Source: Mytilus edulis (taxonomy: Eukaryota). From it: a stretch of DNA of 64,000 bases. How positions within the stretch are numbered: the first letter of the stretch is position 1; every line of letters begins with the position of its first letter. Positions 25,416 to 40,297 of the stretch are shown piece by piece. The position numbers and the translations under genes are program-made. A model generated the notes under the pieces. That model was not told the DNA's origin and did no database searches. It saw only the letters and a list, made by a program, of their open reading frames with translations. The stretch lies in contig NC_092352.1 in the NCBI RefSeq assembly GCF_963676685.1, positions 76,012,001-76,076,000 on the forward strand, written 5' to 3'.

Positions 25416-27940
25416 TGATTGCTTCATTGCGTTTCGAGTTTTATTCTTTAGTAGTACATTTTGTGACAGTGTTATTTTAATTGCTAAAAAGTTACTATCT
25501 GTTTCTATATCTGTAAAATGTACCCCAAAGAAACTACTTTACACTCCTTAGAAAAAAGTTTATTGTTATGAAGATTAAATATCTAATAATTCGCTATTTC
25601 AAGGTAATAATCTGAATTCAGATATTCAAAATAGAAAAAATCAAATCCCAGTTATTAGATTATGTTGTTTAAGATCAAAGTTGTGATGTTTAATATAGAA
25701 CACGTTTTTATCATTTTTATACATTCATGTGATGAGTTTTGAGCTTTTGATTTTGCAACTTGATAAGGGACTTTCCGTTTTGAATTTTACTCGGAGTTCA
25801 GTATTTTTCTGAATTTACTTTTTTTTTTATCATTCTTTCATGTTGTCGATATCTAACGTCATGGCCATTACTGAATGACCAGATGAAAATACGTAATCGT
25901 TATATAGGTCGAGATTTGATTTCAATATGGCTGTCTATTAAAAAATAACTTCATACATTCAAAATTCAATTATTCAAAGCTTAAGATACACCTGATTGAT
26001 AAGATTTGAAAATTGGTACGACTGTTAAGGGTTTGTTTTGGACTGTCCCCGGGAACTACACAGAGCACTGACGACCACCCTTCTGATATTTCTTGTAATG
26101 GTTATTGAAAGTGCAGTTATCATGGAAATTTCCTTACACGAGGAATTGGAATTAACTCTCCTTTTTATAATGAACTCGGATGTGTATCTATGCATATAAC
26201 ACAGATAAACGGACGCACTTCTTTGGAATGGTATCTCATGTCGGAAAAAAGTAGTAAAGGTGACCATACTTTATATCCCCGTCTACCCTTGGGGTACACT
26301 ATGATCAGAATGTCAAGAATGTTACCAAATTGTATAGAACAATATTATAGCGACATGATCTGAAACAACATTGGATTTCCCCAGTGTATTGGTGTCTTGT
26401 TAATTTTGCCACATGTATCTCTTGTATTGGATCAGTTTCTATGTAGAATCTAATTAAGATTTTCTCACTAAGACATTAACTAATGCAATCTCACTTAAAG
26501 ATTTGTTCAAACCGAGTTATTGTGATATATGGCTCTTCGGTAATGTAATAGTAACTACACAGATTAATGTCCACGAAACACATTAAAATTTACCGAGACT
26601 AATGTTACTAAGAAAGAAAAACAACAGAGATGAATGTTAAAAAATTACCTAAATCTTAATTGAACAGACCGAATTTACTTCATCTGAAGTACTTTTCTAG
26701 TTTAAACTTCAACTGGAATATTTAGAGTTAAATGTCTGAAATTAAATTTAAAAATAGATGAATGCTTTGCTCTACAAAACTAACAATGGATTCAGTATAT
26801 AACGTATCCAATTCTTTGGCAGTTAGTCCATGTCTTATTCTTTGGGTATAAACATACCAACATGGGAATAGCTTAAAACAGGGGTGACAATAACAATGCC
26901 TACAAGCATAACAATTTAGTTTTTATGCACATATCATATTACTCTTTGAAGAATTTTTATCATAAAATTGAGAATGGAAATGGGGAATGTGTCAAAGAGA
27001 CAACAACCCGACCAAATAAAAAACAACAGCAGAGGGTCACCAACAGGTCTTAAATGTAGCGAGAAATTCCCGCACCCGGAGGCGTCCTTCATCATTTCTT
27101 CATCAATGCGTTATCATGCATACAGGCATTACCAGGAGCATATTGTTTAGTTGGTGTGGTTCATATGTGTTTTTGGTTTTCACGTTTTGTTTTAATCAAG
27201 TTTGGTTTCCCTGTTTAAATTGTTTAACACCGGTCATTTTGGGGCCCTCTATAGCTTGCTGTTCGGTACGAGCCAAGGCTCAGTGTTGAAGGCCGTACCT
27301 AACCTACTATGTTTTTACTTTTTATACATTATAACTTGGATGTAGAGTTGTCTCATTGGTACTCATACACCATCTTCATAATCATATACATGTACCAAAA
27401 TGTATAGGCTTATATCATCCCATTTTTGTTCAGTAGAAATATAGACACAGTAATTTTAACGTTCAAGATATTCCTGTACCATATAATTTAAACAGAATCC
27501 AACATAATATTTAATTATTTTAATCATTATATATTTTATATTATACACTTTTCTCATATATTTTAAAAGAATGTTAACTTTAATACAACAACCACTAGAT
27601 AGTGAACAGAAGAAAGGACATACACGGCTATTTGTCAAATTTTAAATTAAGGTAAGGTTGTACTAAGTAAATTTAATAAACATGAATACTCCTGAATAAA
27701 CAAAAATAAAATTCTAACGCTTTGATTTTTTTATGATTCTGATAAAACATTGTCAAAATCTGATACGTTTGTCAATTAACCAAATATAGATATGAGTGAT
27801 TTCTGACATTCCCGGTACTTCTTTTTTTTTTAAATTAAACTACGTCTCGGGAGTTATTATAATTGTTGATGTACTGTTACTTCTTTGTCGCAATTCAAGC
27901 AACACATTTTTTGACACATAAGCATTGTTTTGATGTAGTA

Positions 27941-28210
27941 AATAAAGGCAACAGTAGTATACCGCTGTTTTCGAAAGTCATAAATCAAGCGAGAGAAAAT
28001 AAATCCTGGTAACAAAGGAAAACCGAGAGAAACACGTCAATTATAAGAGGAAAACAAGGAAGCAACAGAAACACTTGAGTGCAACAAAAAACTAAATGAC
28101 AATGCAACACACAGAGAAACGAAGTATAAGATAACAACTGCCATTTTCCTGATTTGATACAGGACATTTTAAGGAAACATGGCGGGTTGAACCTGGCTTT
28201 GTGGCTGCTT
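27941..28210 (-). mobile_element. Dispersed repeat family D (degenerate twister core 28137-28200)
   Basis: Shared end aataaaggcaacagtagtataccgctgtt also at 35799, 38806 and 50384. Minus-strand core GGTTCAA-CCC-GC-P3-CCTG-TATCAAAT-CAGG. Confidence 0.7.
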
Positions 28211-31200
28211 AACATCGTAAAAAAGTTGCAATAATCCATGCATATTTATATAACCTTTGGTCATTATTTCTGACTCGCTCAATTCACACTTCAAGTCATG
28301 TTTCAAGCGAAGGTCAGTCGTTAACCCATATTCAAAGATATAGTTGCTAACTACATTTGAACCTTTATTCGATATTAGGATGACCTTATACAACATTGCT
28401 AAACTTTATTTTCTGTTGTTCTGTTATTTACAATTGGTTTTAGTGTGTGTATCTATATTTGAGTTATTTGAAAAAACAAATTACGAAACAATGTAATCTT
28501 ATCAAGTTACGTTTTAAGAATTTTACCAAACTAAAAATATAAAAAGGATCTTTTCTTTGATGTCGAAAGATCCCATTTGCTAAGAACTTATTTGATCAAT
28601 AATGTAAATGCAACAAACTTGTTTAAATTATTCTTTGAAATATTCCATGTTCCATTTTGTCAATTAATGGACCTTGTCATAACAATTAAATGCACACAAG
28701 TTTGAGCGGTTAGCAGTTAACTATATTTTTCGAAATTGAGTGCCATCGATCATGACAAAAAATGCTATTGCTCAGATAGAATACTACTGTACATGTTCGC
28801 ATGTACAGGCGGAAACCCGGTTGAAATAGAACAAACGAATCGAAGCTCTTTGTTAGAGAAGGCGATAAATGCTTACTGTAATGATTACTATAGCAACAAA
28901 AAAGTTAAAAGTTAATAGAAACAAATAAAATGACAATTTTCTTCTCAATTACGAAGTGTTCTATTTTAAAAATGCCATTTGCATAAGGTTTCAATTTATC
29001 TATTACATAGTTAAGCAGAACAATTAGATATCAAGTCGACGACATGGGTATCTATCAAGTTGGATGTAGAAAATGTATAACCTCCGATTTTGTTTTTAAA
29101 TACCACGGACGGAGAACACATCAATCTATAAGTTCAGTAATTGTCGTGTCTGCCCTTCTATTATGTGACTCAAGAAAAAAAATCTAAAAAATGGGTAACA
29201 ACTGTATCAAAAAGAGAAAATCGAGTGCATCTTTTTATGTTAGGGCGTGTTTGAGTTGAATATTTTGTCTTGAAAACGTACAAAGCAAGAATATTTGATA
29301 CATCATATCGCTTCAGATTCTTTCATTTTTATATATCAAAGCTACAGGTTGACTTTATAACCTAAATAATCACGGTACCAAAAGATGAAATATATGGGTC
29401 AAGTGAATTATCTATCTAATGAATCATAAAAACAGAGTAGGTGTGTTTATATAGCTATTTTTTTACAAAAAGTACTTGACGACAGTCTTTCAAGTTGGAT
29501 GATGAAAATGCATATCTTCGAAAATTAATATTTTTTTGTATGTGATAACTAAGGTTTATAGTCTTCAACCACTAAAAAAATCTAGTCTGCCCTTCCACGA
29601 AATATCTAATTAGAATTTTTTTTTAAATATTTATGAATTTTCAAAAAATCCACCTGACAACCGATTAGACAATGATTCTAAGTTGAATCAATGCAGACAA
29701 GATCATTAACTAATGCTCATTAGCTAGTAGATACATTTGTCTTTTAAAATACAACTGACATATAAGGATCGTAATGGTGCTATGCGGATAAATTTATCGG
29801 TTTCCAAGAGCAAAGTTGGCAGCGCGTCATCCCTACAATGGCTTCCATTTCTACGATTATGAAAATTATCTGGCGTAATGGGGAGACAATTTTGACGAAG
29901 AAGAATCCTGACTGTGTATGTCCATGATGTGTTTATGGCAGATCTTTGATAGTCTCCATTAAAATGCACAACTAGTTAACACTTGACTAATTTTAAAGCT
30001 TTGACATCTTGTATGCACACTTCTATATCATGTTAACATATGCTAAGCGCAAGATGGGGATTGTAAATGTTATTATAACGAACACACATGTTATATTCGT
30101 AAATTTTCGTGGAAGTAGTTTTTATTTGTTTTAAATCAAGCTTCATTTCAATAGTGTTTTGATATATATTCAAATTATTTCACAAGACAACACTCATCAT
30201 CAATTACCAACACAAAACTTTTACTTCAGTTACAAACTAGTAAACGGATAATATCTTCTAATTTATAGACATTGAAAACAAATAGGTTTTACGTTGTGTC
30301 CGGTATCAAGAGCATACTTAACCCGAATAAGTCATTCGTTATATTCCGCCGATCGTCGACTAATCTACGATTGCTACATTAACCCTCGATAGACAATAGG
30401 CCGCTAGAGCTAAGAGGGCGCACAATTATTCGAGTTAAGCAATCTTAAGACAATCATCAGATAGGATTACAAGGTATTGATAGGAAGAGCGAATGAACAA
30501 TTTCTACACGCTCAGTTGGAAATTGCATATGATAGCTCACAAGGTACTAGTTTCGAGAAAAATATGTCAATTTATGAAAGACTGTGAGCAGAGTAACGTT
30601 TGTTGGTATCATTTGAACATACAGTCCTTATGCAAAAAAGCAGAAAATTTCAAGCTGGTCTGTGACTAATTGAAGGAGCTCACGACTCCATAAAAATGTT
30701 ATTTTAATTGCCATGCATTATTGATAACTAGTTTCGATCTACTGTGGTTTACAGTTCAGATTTATTTGCCGTTAGCTGAGTGACAATGGAACTATTTACA
30801 ATTCCGCCTACAATAAACGCTCAGTGAATAATAAATATCCAGTATGGATTTCAAAAGTTGACGCAGTACTCCATCTTGAAACCTCCACTGTAATACTGAA
30901 TGTTGAATATACACGATGTAATCTTGTTCCAACTAAAGCCATGAACAAATTATCGCAAATACGTTCTTTAATTTCCTATACCATCAAACATGTTAAATAA
31001 TTCGAATAAATCTATAAGGTATTATGAACGAGAACAAGAACGCATTCTTACTGATAAATGTGTATAAACATATCTCTTAGCTATAGAGAACTCAATTTGT
31101 CCAAGAGGTTTCTCTCACTCATTTGGCAATTGTTATCCGAGTTTTAAAATCTAAATTTTTCTTATAATTTAAAAGGGACCGAAAAGTGTCACGTGACAAA

Positions 31201-33219
31201 AGAAATCATACGTCGAAGAAATATGGACAGTCATTATCATTGTACAAAAACCCAACAAAACAAGATAGAGTACAAAGGCTATACAGAAAACTGATGATTG
31301 AGCAATGTTTATCCTGGAACGATTTGGTTTCTGGAGTATTGATATTTTTTCTGTTGATATATGGTGTTGTTATAATTCTGCAAGTACAAATGAACGACGT
31401 TTTATAATACCCGAGTTTATGGCAAGACTTGATACATTCAACCTTTTTTGTATGTGGCCGACATATATTAGCCAAAGCCATCGTGTTTAGACTTATAATG
31501 TTATTTTCACTTATCAATGATACTAATGATTAAGCGAAATTTGTGTAGTTTGTAAAAAATATCATAAAAAGCATTCTGATGATATTGTTGTTTTCCACCA
31601 TCATTTGTATATTATATGATTTCCTATAATTAGTCATTGCAATTAATGCAGTTGCATATCTATTATAATGTTTATTTGACAAGCATTTTGATGAATTGAT
31701 AATTAACAAATTAACCTTTTACTTTTAATCAATTTATGTTTCATCTACTTCCTGATTCGTAAAATGAATTTATGTTTAAAGTATCAAGCGTTTTTATTCT
31801 GCATCAACGTCGTTTTAATGGTTGTAATACCCAAGTTTATGGTTAGATTTGATTCCATCAACCTATCCTTATATGGCCTCTGTATATTGTCTACGTCCTG
31901 CGCAGTTCATTAAAAGATGGCGATAAAGTAAATCAAACTATACTGTGTTTTCAGTCAATCACTATTGTATTGATTAATTTACAGTGTTACTTGCGTAAAT
32001 CGGGGTCTTCTCCGGCAACGATTTACGTAATGCAACTATATCATTTTCTAACAATCTGTAGACGAAGGTATTTATGGAAATATCAATTATCCGGGTCGTA
32101 AGTGGCTATTTTAAACCGGCCTTACAAGTTCAGTTCTATTCTCGTTACTTTGCTTGTCAAAGATCAAGATGCTTAATATTTGATTGCCGTGTATAAATCT
32201 GAATACCATCAAAGCAAAGCGTTGCTAAGCAACTTTTTTAGAGGTTTTATTACAAGTTTTAAGATCTAATTGATTAAACAAGGTAAAACAAGCAGGCCAT
32301 TGTTTTTTGGTAAATTTGCGGAAGTAAAGATATTTTGTTAATGTTTCCGGAGGTCTTTAATCAAACACGATGAATAATCTTGCGTTATGATTTTATGAAA
32401 ACTAATAATTCAAATGATACATTTGTTTCTGAATTTCCAAGTCTTACAATTGATATTAAACTAGGATTACAATTATATTTTATTAAGAATAAGACCTGCA
32501 TTTAGGTAATCTGTTTTCTCCATATTTCCATTTTAAACAAAACGTGATCTCAAATAACGTTAGCAGTTACTTAACAAACAAAACAATAAACTCTACTTGC
32601 ACAAGGTTTGAATGTTGCCTTGGTATCTTCTGTCACTTTTTGTCACAAAGTGTTGATGTATTCGATAACAAGACATAGATAGGGACAGGTACATTATGAA
32701 TACAGAAGATCTTAATCAATTAACAATTTTAACCATTTTTTTCGAAAAGATAAGCGAAAACTTTTAAGGGGATATTGAAGTGGATGATAAACCGACAACA
32801 CCATCGTGGAAACGAAAAACCACAAAAGGACGAAAAGACAGACGCAACATAGATAACAAAAGACTTGGCAACAGTAACCTATCCAGAAGCCGGGACGATT
32901 TGAGGTGTTCGGAAGAGTCGATAGATTCTGAACAAAACGTTAAAGCTATTCTATGATACAATAAGCACCAAAACACAGAGACTCAGAATAAAGGTCTCCA
33001 TGCTATAATTGAAATCGAAGTATAGATGCATCGAAAATTAAGGACATAATCTGAAATGGAAGTTTTATATCTGTATGTAAAAAACATACCAAAAATGGAT
33101 ATTATTTATGAGGTAGTTAATGATACGTATTTCTAAACCAAATACGATAATGAGTTTTTACATGGAAGAAAAGTAGTGACAATGTTTAACCAGTGTTCGT
33201 CAATGCAGACTATGTTTTG

Positions 33220-33402
33220 AATTCGCCTTTTAAGAATCTAAAGAATCATGGGTAATTTCATAGTTCGTACCCAAAAATGAGGATAGCGTCACGTCATTGG
33301 TTGAATTTCCATTGTTTATGACATTTTTAAACAATCACTACGTTTTGGTGTACACTTTTGAAAATATTACCCAGGATGCATTAGATTCTGAAACGGCGAA
33401 TT
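33220..33402. mobile_element. MITE with long TIRs, AATT-flanked (possibly Sola1-like); copy 1 of 3
   Basis: AATT-CGCC.TTT.AGAATCTAA...TTAGATTCTGAAACGGCG-AATT. Other copies at 47403-47588 and 53644-53826. Confidence 0.7.
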
Positions 33403-34269
33403 TCGAAGATGATCATAACATGTAAGTTTTGAAATAGCCTTTATTTGAACATTCATTGAGTTAGCAAGGGAAAATAATCTTTTCGATAATGGACGGACTC
33501 TTGATGCACAAGTTGGTTTTAAATAAACTCTTCACAGATACAAGAATATGAACGAATTTATAATTAAAACTAGTACAGTTTTTTTTCGATCATACCAATT
33601 AAAATATTGCATTTTATTTAAAAATTTAACGCAACATTATAGATCCACTGAATAACAAATGTAAATGTCTATCCCTTTTGAAAATAGTGGTCATTATGTG
33701 AAAATATAATCAAAATTATCCATCTATTTATTGAAAGTAGGAAATGTGGAGTTTTTACTAAACATTAATCATAATATGCTATATGGACAAAGCAGTAATA
33801 AACTCCTGTTGGATTTAGTTTCCTAAATTCATTCTGCATTGTGAGTTAAGGCACTAACACATATAGCGTGAAATTCACAGTGTCCATTTTAACTGTTCTT
33901 ACTCTCAACTTTGAGGAAGCGGGTCTGTATTGTATCAAGAGCACACCCCTTGCATTCAATATGAATATACACTCGAGTGAAGACAAATCACAAAACTCCA
34001 AAGAAAATTGAAAACGGAAATTCCATAATCAAATGGCAAAATCAGAAGCTCAAATGAGATATGCGAAGCCGTCATATAGGACAGAAGACATGTTACTTGG
34101 CACTTTCGTCAAGTATCATATTTTGCATTCATTCATTTGTATAAAAAAAAGGAGATGTGGTTTGATTGCCAATGAAAAAATAAAAAAAACTATGAAACAA
34201 TTCAAACGAGAAAACTTCAATAATAAAGATAAAGATTCATATACGAAGTAAAACTTCTTTTTAAAAAAG

Positions 34270-34560
34270 AACCTTTGTTTCAAGTTCCCCGGGATACATA
34301 AGTAGAAATGGGTGACTCGAATTAATGTATCTAAAAGTGTTATTAAAGTACACGTCAAGATACCTTTTATTGTATCTGAGAATGTTTTGCATGAATCGCA
34401 CTCTATATAGATATATGAGTTCAAAACAAATCTTCCATTAAGGGTTAAAAATAACCACCTAGAAAATCTACTTTTTTGCTGAAATACTAATGAAACAATC
34501 TCAACAAATATGTTGTCGAAAAAAAGGTCAGTATGTTGGTGATGTATTCTTTGGTGCATT
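34270..34560 (-). pseudogene. Highly decayed Penelope-like RT fragment
   Basis: DLFFDNIFVEIVSLVFQQ in ORF 34116..34559 parallels DFLIDNI...GRIFQQ of the 38.6-kb remnant. Confidence 0.45.
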
Positions 34561-34904
34561 TATTGGTTGAATTAGAATGGATCTAAGAAATAAACTCATC
34601 ATAGCCACCAGGATTAAATTTTGTATTTACGCTAAACACGCGTTTCGTTTACAAAAGAAATGATATTTTGAATGACAAAAATATGAAATGTTTATCTAAG
34701 ATTTCCATTTTTTTTTTCGTTATGTATATAAAAATATGGTGATGATTGCCAATAAGACAATAAACTTCCGTAAAAACCGAAGTACTGAACAATTACAGTC
34801 ATTGCAGAGCACTATACGGTTTACAAAAATAATACCATACATTAAGCCAAAATTTAAAAAAAGTAAAACGTTACATCCCTCGGATTTCAAATGTTTGGCT
34901 TTGG

Positions 34905-34946
34905 GCGTTCCTGATGAAGGTAAATCCAGAAAAGCGCTTCGAACGC
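34905..34946 (+). ncRNA. Minimal type I hammerhead ribozyme variant
   Basis: Stem I GCGTTC/GAACGC (6 bp perfect); CTGATGA; A-GG-taaat-CC-A; GAAA; palindromic stem III AAGCGCTT; cleavage after C34940. Confidence 0.65.
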
Positions 34947-37900
34947 ATGACATTATTAAACGTGTTGTTTTCAATTTTTCCATAGAACTTTACACGTGGA
35001 ATTATGTTTACTCTGTTATCTACTATTACTGAAAGAAGTATATATGCTTAACTCGTCCGCGTAATTTGAACTCTATACTAGACTATAGATGTTTCTGATT
35101 TTAGTTTGATTTTTTTAATATTCCTTTGTGGCACTTTTGAAATAAGTGTTGATGTATTACAGTTGGAGTTTCTAAATAAATAAAAAAAATCAGGAAGATA
35201 ATCAGAATTTTTAATCATTCCCCAAAAAGACGTCTTTTATTCAAAATACAAAAGTATAAATTTTTGGTGCAGATCTTCATAAGTTTTTATTTATTTGATA
35301 CGCGATCTTAAAAGGGACATTCAACAACCATTTAAGGGTGTGTCTTGTGTAAGAACATAAAGAACAATCGTTCTCTATAAGTTTGTAAATTTAAAGGACA
35401 TTTGAATAACAGGCTTTGAAAAAACGGTTGTCTAAAGTAAACTTTTTAGAGCGATATGTACGTGCATTAATACATTTAGGGACAGCATGTACGTTTATAA
35501 ATTACATTTTTGTCTCGAGATATAAAAAAATGATATATTTTTGTTGTTTCCTCAATGCTCTTCGACTTCGTACTCTATGTGGCATTTTAACATTTTAATT
35601 CGATGATATTTTTGTATCTGGCGTAAACAATCAAAAGTGTGGTGCCCTTGATAAGTTAGTTGTTTACATACTTTGATTTAGAGCACCAATCAATTTGTAA
35701 CTGCTTTATTTCGCATATGACAGAACACGCATGTTACATGTAGTATCTTTGTCTCAATTTCAAAAATTGCTATGAACTTTGCTTCTAATGGTACCTTAAA
35801 TAAAGGCAACAGAAGTATACCGCTGTTCAAATTCATAAATCGATAGGTTTAAGACGTTTAAGTTTACAAAAACAGTTGAACCAGTACATATGTTTTCGTT
35901 ACATGAGACATCCTATGTCTTAGAAAATTTCGATCAGATAATAAATTAACCTATATGAAAGAAGAAGATCTGTGTTAAAATCTTTGACTACTTAGACCTA
36001 TTGATGAATTGATTAACCATTTACGTGTCTTCTATAACTCAGACAGCAATCACTGAAGGGTTGCAATCTGGCTGTCAAAACAAACACGTATTTTCACTTT
36101 GCCGATATTTGGGTATAACTATCTACAACTGGGATCAGGCGAGGGTTAATGGCTCTTCATTTAACACCATTTTTCATGCTAAACTGAATATATCATGTTT
36201 AACGTTAAGCAGTGTTTAGATTGTTATTTTCTAATGTTGGGTTATTTTGTTTTTTATCAGAATTAGTTACTATTAATTTGATTATGGTACTTCTACTATT
36301 ATCATTATCATAGATATTTTTGTTTTTGGGGGGGAGGGGAAGTTTATATAATTAAGTATTAACTTCGTTGTCCAAATTTATATTTTTGTGTTGCTCTTGA
36401 AGTAGATCAGGGAGAATTGATTGAATGAAAGCAATACAGAAATCTCTTGGAACAAGATTAAAATATGCAAATTACTTTTTATTCTTAATTCATCTACTGT
36501 ACAAAAAAAGCAACATATATGCAAAACAAAGACACTTGATCATTATTACTTTATTGTTAGTTTATGGATATGCGTAGTAAAATATTGCTATCAACAGCAA
36601 TAAATTCTGTGTTGGCGACATTGTCATCTTTATTTGAATGTTAGTCAGTTATGATGTTGTATGCCAAGATTGACGTGATTTCTTTGATTCTTGTTTAACC
36701 TTTTTTTAAATTAATTTCCATATGTTGATATATACATGCTCATTAGTATGAAACAAATGTATTTCATCAAAGTGGATTGCGAAACTGTGTATTCTTAAAA
36801 AATGCAGACGTTGATTTTGAACGTGTGCATTTATTGTGCAGTTTGTCATCTTTCGTTAAAGTTTGACTGTCCCGTCACGTTATTTTAGTTCGGAATTTTT
36901 CTTAGAGGATATGAAGTTTTTATCATGTTTTCATAATTAACCCAGCTTGTTTTTTTCATGTAAATGAAGATTTACAAGTCTTATATTATGAACCATTGAA
37001 ATTTCTTCATATGATCTGAAAAGGCATGGGAAAGAGTTAAGTGAATGATGCAAACACGCAACACAATTGTATACTCTAGAATTAAGGATGTGTTTATCGG
37101 ACTGATCAGTGACGCTCGAGTCATAACAGTTTGATTGGACGAAGTTGAAGAGCATTCGAAACTAAAATTTTGACAAGCCGTGCTAAATACAGCAGGCAAA
37201 TATATACCAGGTGTAAGAAACCTCAGTGTTTACAGTGTTTTAAAAGTTTTAAAATAGTGAAAGAAATATCAATTTTATTCACGTCAACATTAAAGTGCCG
37301 TCTCAAGGCTAGTTTAACAACAGTTTCAGCGATTGCATCAAACCGATTATCATGCAAACATAAAAGATTTGTCTCCAACTCAACTAAAGCATTGAAATAA
37401 TGTGAATTTATTACCACTATTAATCTTTTCTCCGATGCATACATTGTACCAATCCTTGTTTTTTGGCACATATATCAAATTCAACGAAAGCTAATGCATT
37501 TAGTTTTTTAAATTGATCAAATTCAAGGAAATCTAATTGAATTTGATTTGTGAAAAATTCCACAATAAGGGTTTTACGCGTACAAATTTGCGTTTAAAGA
37601 TTGACAACAAAATTGGATACTCTACGATCATTTTCATAGAATTCGTGACAATATGTTATATTTCATAAATCATCATATTATTTTGTATTTAAAATTATGA
37701 AGACTACAACACTTGGAATTATGGAACATTTTGGATTAATTTTGCCTTTCAATGACTAAAACCAAATTATTTAATTTTCGTGCGTTTCTAGAACAACCTG
37801 AAAAAACACGCTAAAATGTGTTAATTAGTACAATGATTAGTTGATTAATCGAAGGTAGATATTTAAACATTCCAAAGATCTGCAGGAGTAAATACAAGCT

Positions 37901-38203
37901 TAATCTTGCAATGGTATTTGACTTTTTTTTTACCTATTACATAGGTATTCCCCATTTCAAATTAAACCAAAAATTGACAATAACAACAATATACCTTATT
38001 TTGAAACACTCAGACATATATTTACATGTGTTACAAGAGGCAAAATACATACTTAAAATACATAATTAAATTTATGGTTTCTACAAAACAATGCTAACAT
38101 ATAATCAGATAATTTAGAGTATAATTACGAAATTTTAAATAATTTTGTAATAAACGTTGATAAGTTCTTAAAAAATATTCTATTTGTCAACGTAGATATA
38201 TAA

Positions 38204-38345
38204 AATATAAGGTCAATGTCAGAAAAATATAAACTTTTTTGTACTCGGGACAAAACTGGGGAAGGGCTCGGTAGAACCTCGCCCTTCCCCAGTTTCTCAG
38301 CCTCATACAGAAAAGTTTATATTTTACTGACATTTACCTTATATT
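38204..38345. mobile_element. Foldback (near-palindromic) element
   Basis: aatataaggt.aatgtcag.aaaatataaactttt is inverted at the other end. The inner aaactggggaagggc/gcccttccccagttt is a perfect 15 bp. Confidence 0.75.
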
Positions 38346-38614
38346 GTTTTTATACTGCATTTAAATTAATACATTGATTATTTGCTATTTAAATTGTAAA
38401 TTCAATTTCAAACGTATTATCATCCCTCAACAAACCTCTGATTGTATGAAAAGTGATCCATGATGAAATTGACATTGCACAAAATATAGCTTGTGTTACT
38501 ATATTTAGGAAATAAACACAACTAGTTTCAGTATAAATAAGTATCGTGTCTTAGGGAGAGATAAGCCGAACATTGAAATAAATCACTTTGATATAAAATA
38601 AAATCTCTGAAACC

Positions 38615-38790
38615 TCTGGAATAGAAGTTATCAAAATACTTGATTTTTTGATTGACAACATTTGTTGCGATTTGAGGACGTATTTTTCAACAAACAATCA
38701 ATCGGCATTCCCATGGTAACTAACTGTGTTCCTCTTCTTGCTAACTTGATACTTCATCCGTATGAGGCTGACATCATATAGCAGTTTCTT
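38615..38790 (+). pseudogene. Decayed Penelope-like reverse transcriptase fragment
   Basis: EVIKILDFLIDNI / GRIFQQTI / GIPMVTNCVPLLANLILHPYEADII* with frameshifts. Matches the PLE RT motif QQ..GIPMGTNCAPLLA.L. Confidence 0.75.
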
Positions 38791-40297
38791 GTGGTGAATG
38801 GGAAGAATAAGGGCAACAGTAGTATACCACTGTTCGAAAGTCATTAATCGATTGAAAGAAAACAAATCCGGGTTACAAACTAAAACCGAGGGAAACACAT
38901 CAACTATGAGAGGAAAATGACAAAACAACAGAAACACTAAATTGAAACAAAAACAAACGACAATACAACACACACAGAAACGAACTATAAGATAACAACT
39001 GACTAAGGGACTAAAAGTATTGGTTAACTTATTTTAAATGTAAATCCCTCTTGAGCTTAAAATCTTATATTCTGAACAAAACATCAAAACTTTAGATTAA
39101 CGTTGACAGTTAAAATTGCAATTAAATATTAGAAACAAATACACAATTCCTCAAAACATGGGTTCCCCTCGAGATATTAGGTGATGTTCATCTTACCCAT
39201 TGTTTGGTTAGCTGGTTGTTTAATTGACTCTTATTTGTCTTGTCTTTTTTTCTTCTCGGTTCCCAATTTGTTTTTCTTTGGGACTGTTGGGTCTGACCCA
39301 GTAGAAGCAACAAACATAATGATATAGATTCATAGATAACTTATATATAAGATGACTTTTGAGAATTAAACTATAGGTAGTTATTCATCTCTATGTTACC
39401 ATTTTTACCTAAAAAATCAATTTAAAACAGCCCTATGAATCTAATGAATTAATTTGTAATTAAATCTAAATCAATAAAATATACGATTTATCATTTTTTT
39501 CAACGCCCTATTTTCGTATTCCCATTTTTATTTCAGTTTGGCGTATCGGGTTGTAAAGATTTATCTCAAGCACTCGTAATAGACACATGAAACCTCATAA
39601 GGCATTTGTAGGGATAACATGAAATTACTCTTCGACTAGAAACTCATTATAAGCTTTTAAGAAATTGTATGGGAATCGGATATACAGGAGATAAGTAAAA
39701 ACATACGCGACAGTCTTGGGTTTTGAAATAATGATAGGCTTAATGTGACCTGATTTGAGGAATGATTAGACAGAACTTTTCAGATACTCTGTAAATATCT
39801 ATTATACTATTTAATGAGATAAATATAAACAAAGTTTTTCACAAATATCGACCTCCAAACTAAATTACAAAAAGAAAAATCCATAAACCAAATGCTAGAC
39901 TAAATATCAATATATACACATAAACAGGAACGAACAGAAAACAGTTGGCATATTTCAGCTTGGTACACGCATCCTCGAGAAAAAGAATATGATTTACAAG
40001 CTCTATTTTTGTAAACAATCTTTTTACTTCTTACCGATAGCATATTACAATGATAATTAAGAGATTTAATAAAAATGCATAAGTATTGTCTCATATACTG
40101 GCAAAACAACATATGCATATAGCAAATAGGTTTTTTACGAATATAATTCTTTTTTTTTAATAAAGATTAAATTGAGTATGTCAATTCAGACTTATAAAAA
40201 TACAAATATTATTATATGCTAGTGCTCTTTACCGCCTATGCTTTTTCCATTGTTTACTAACATAATTTCCTATAGTGTATCTTTTATACTATATCGC

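Noticed and set aside
39881-39889. Minus-strand GLW codons as the missing TARP exon
   Set aside because: Followed by IFLFVI-stop, with no conserved Cys and no donor site.
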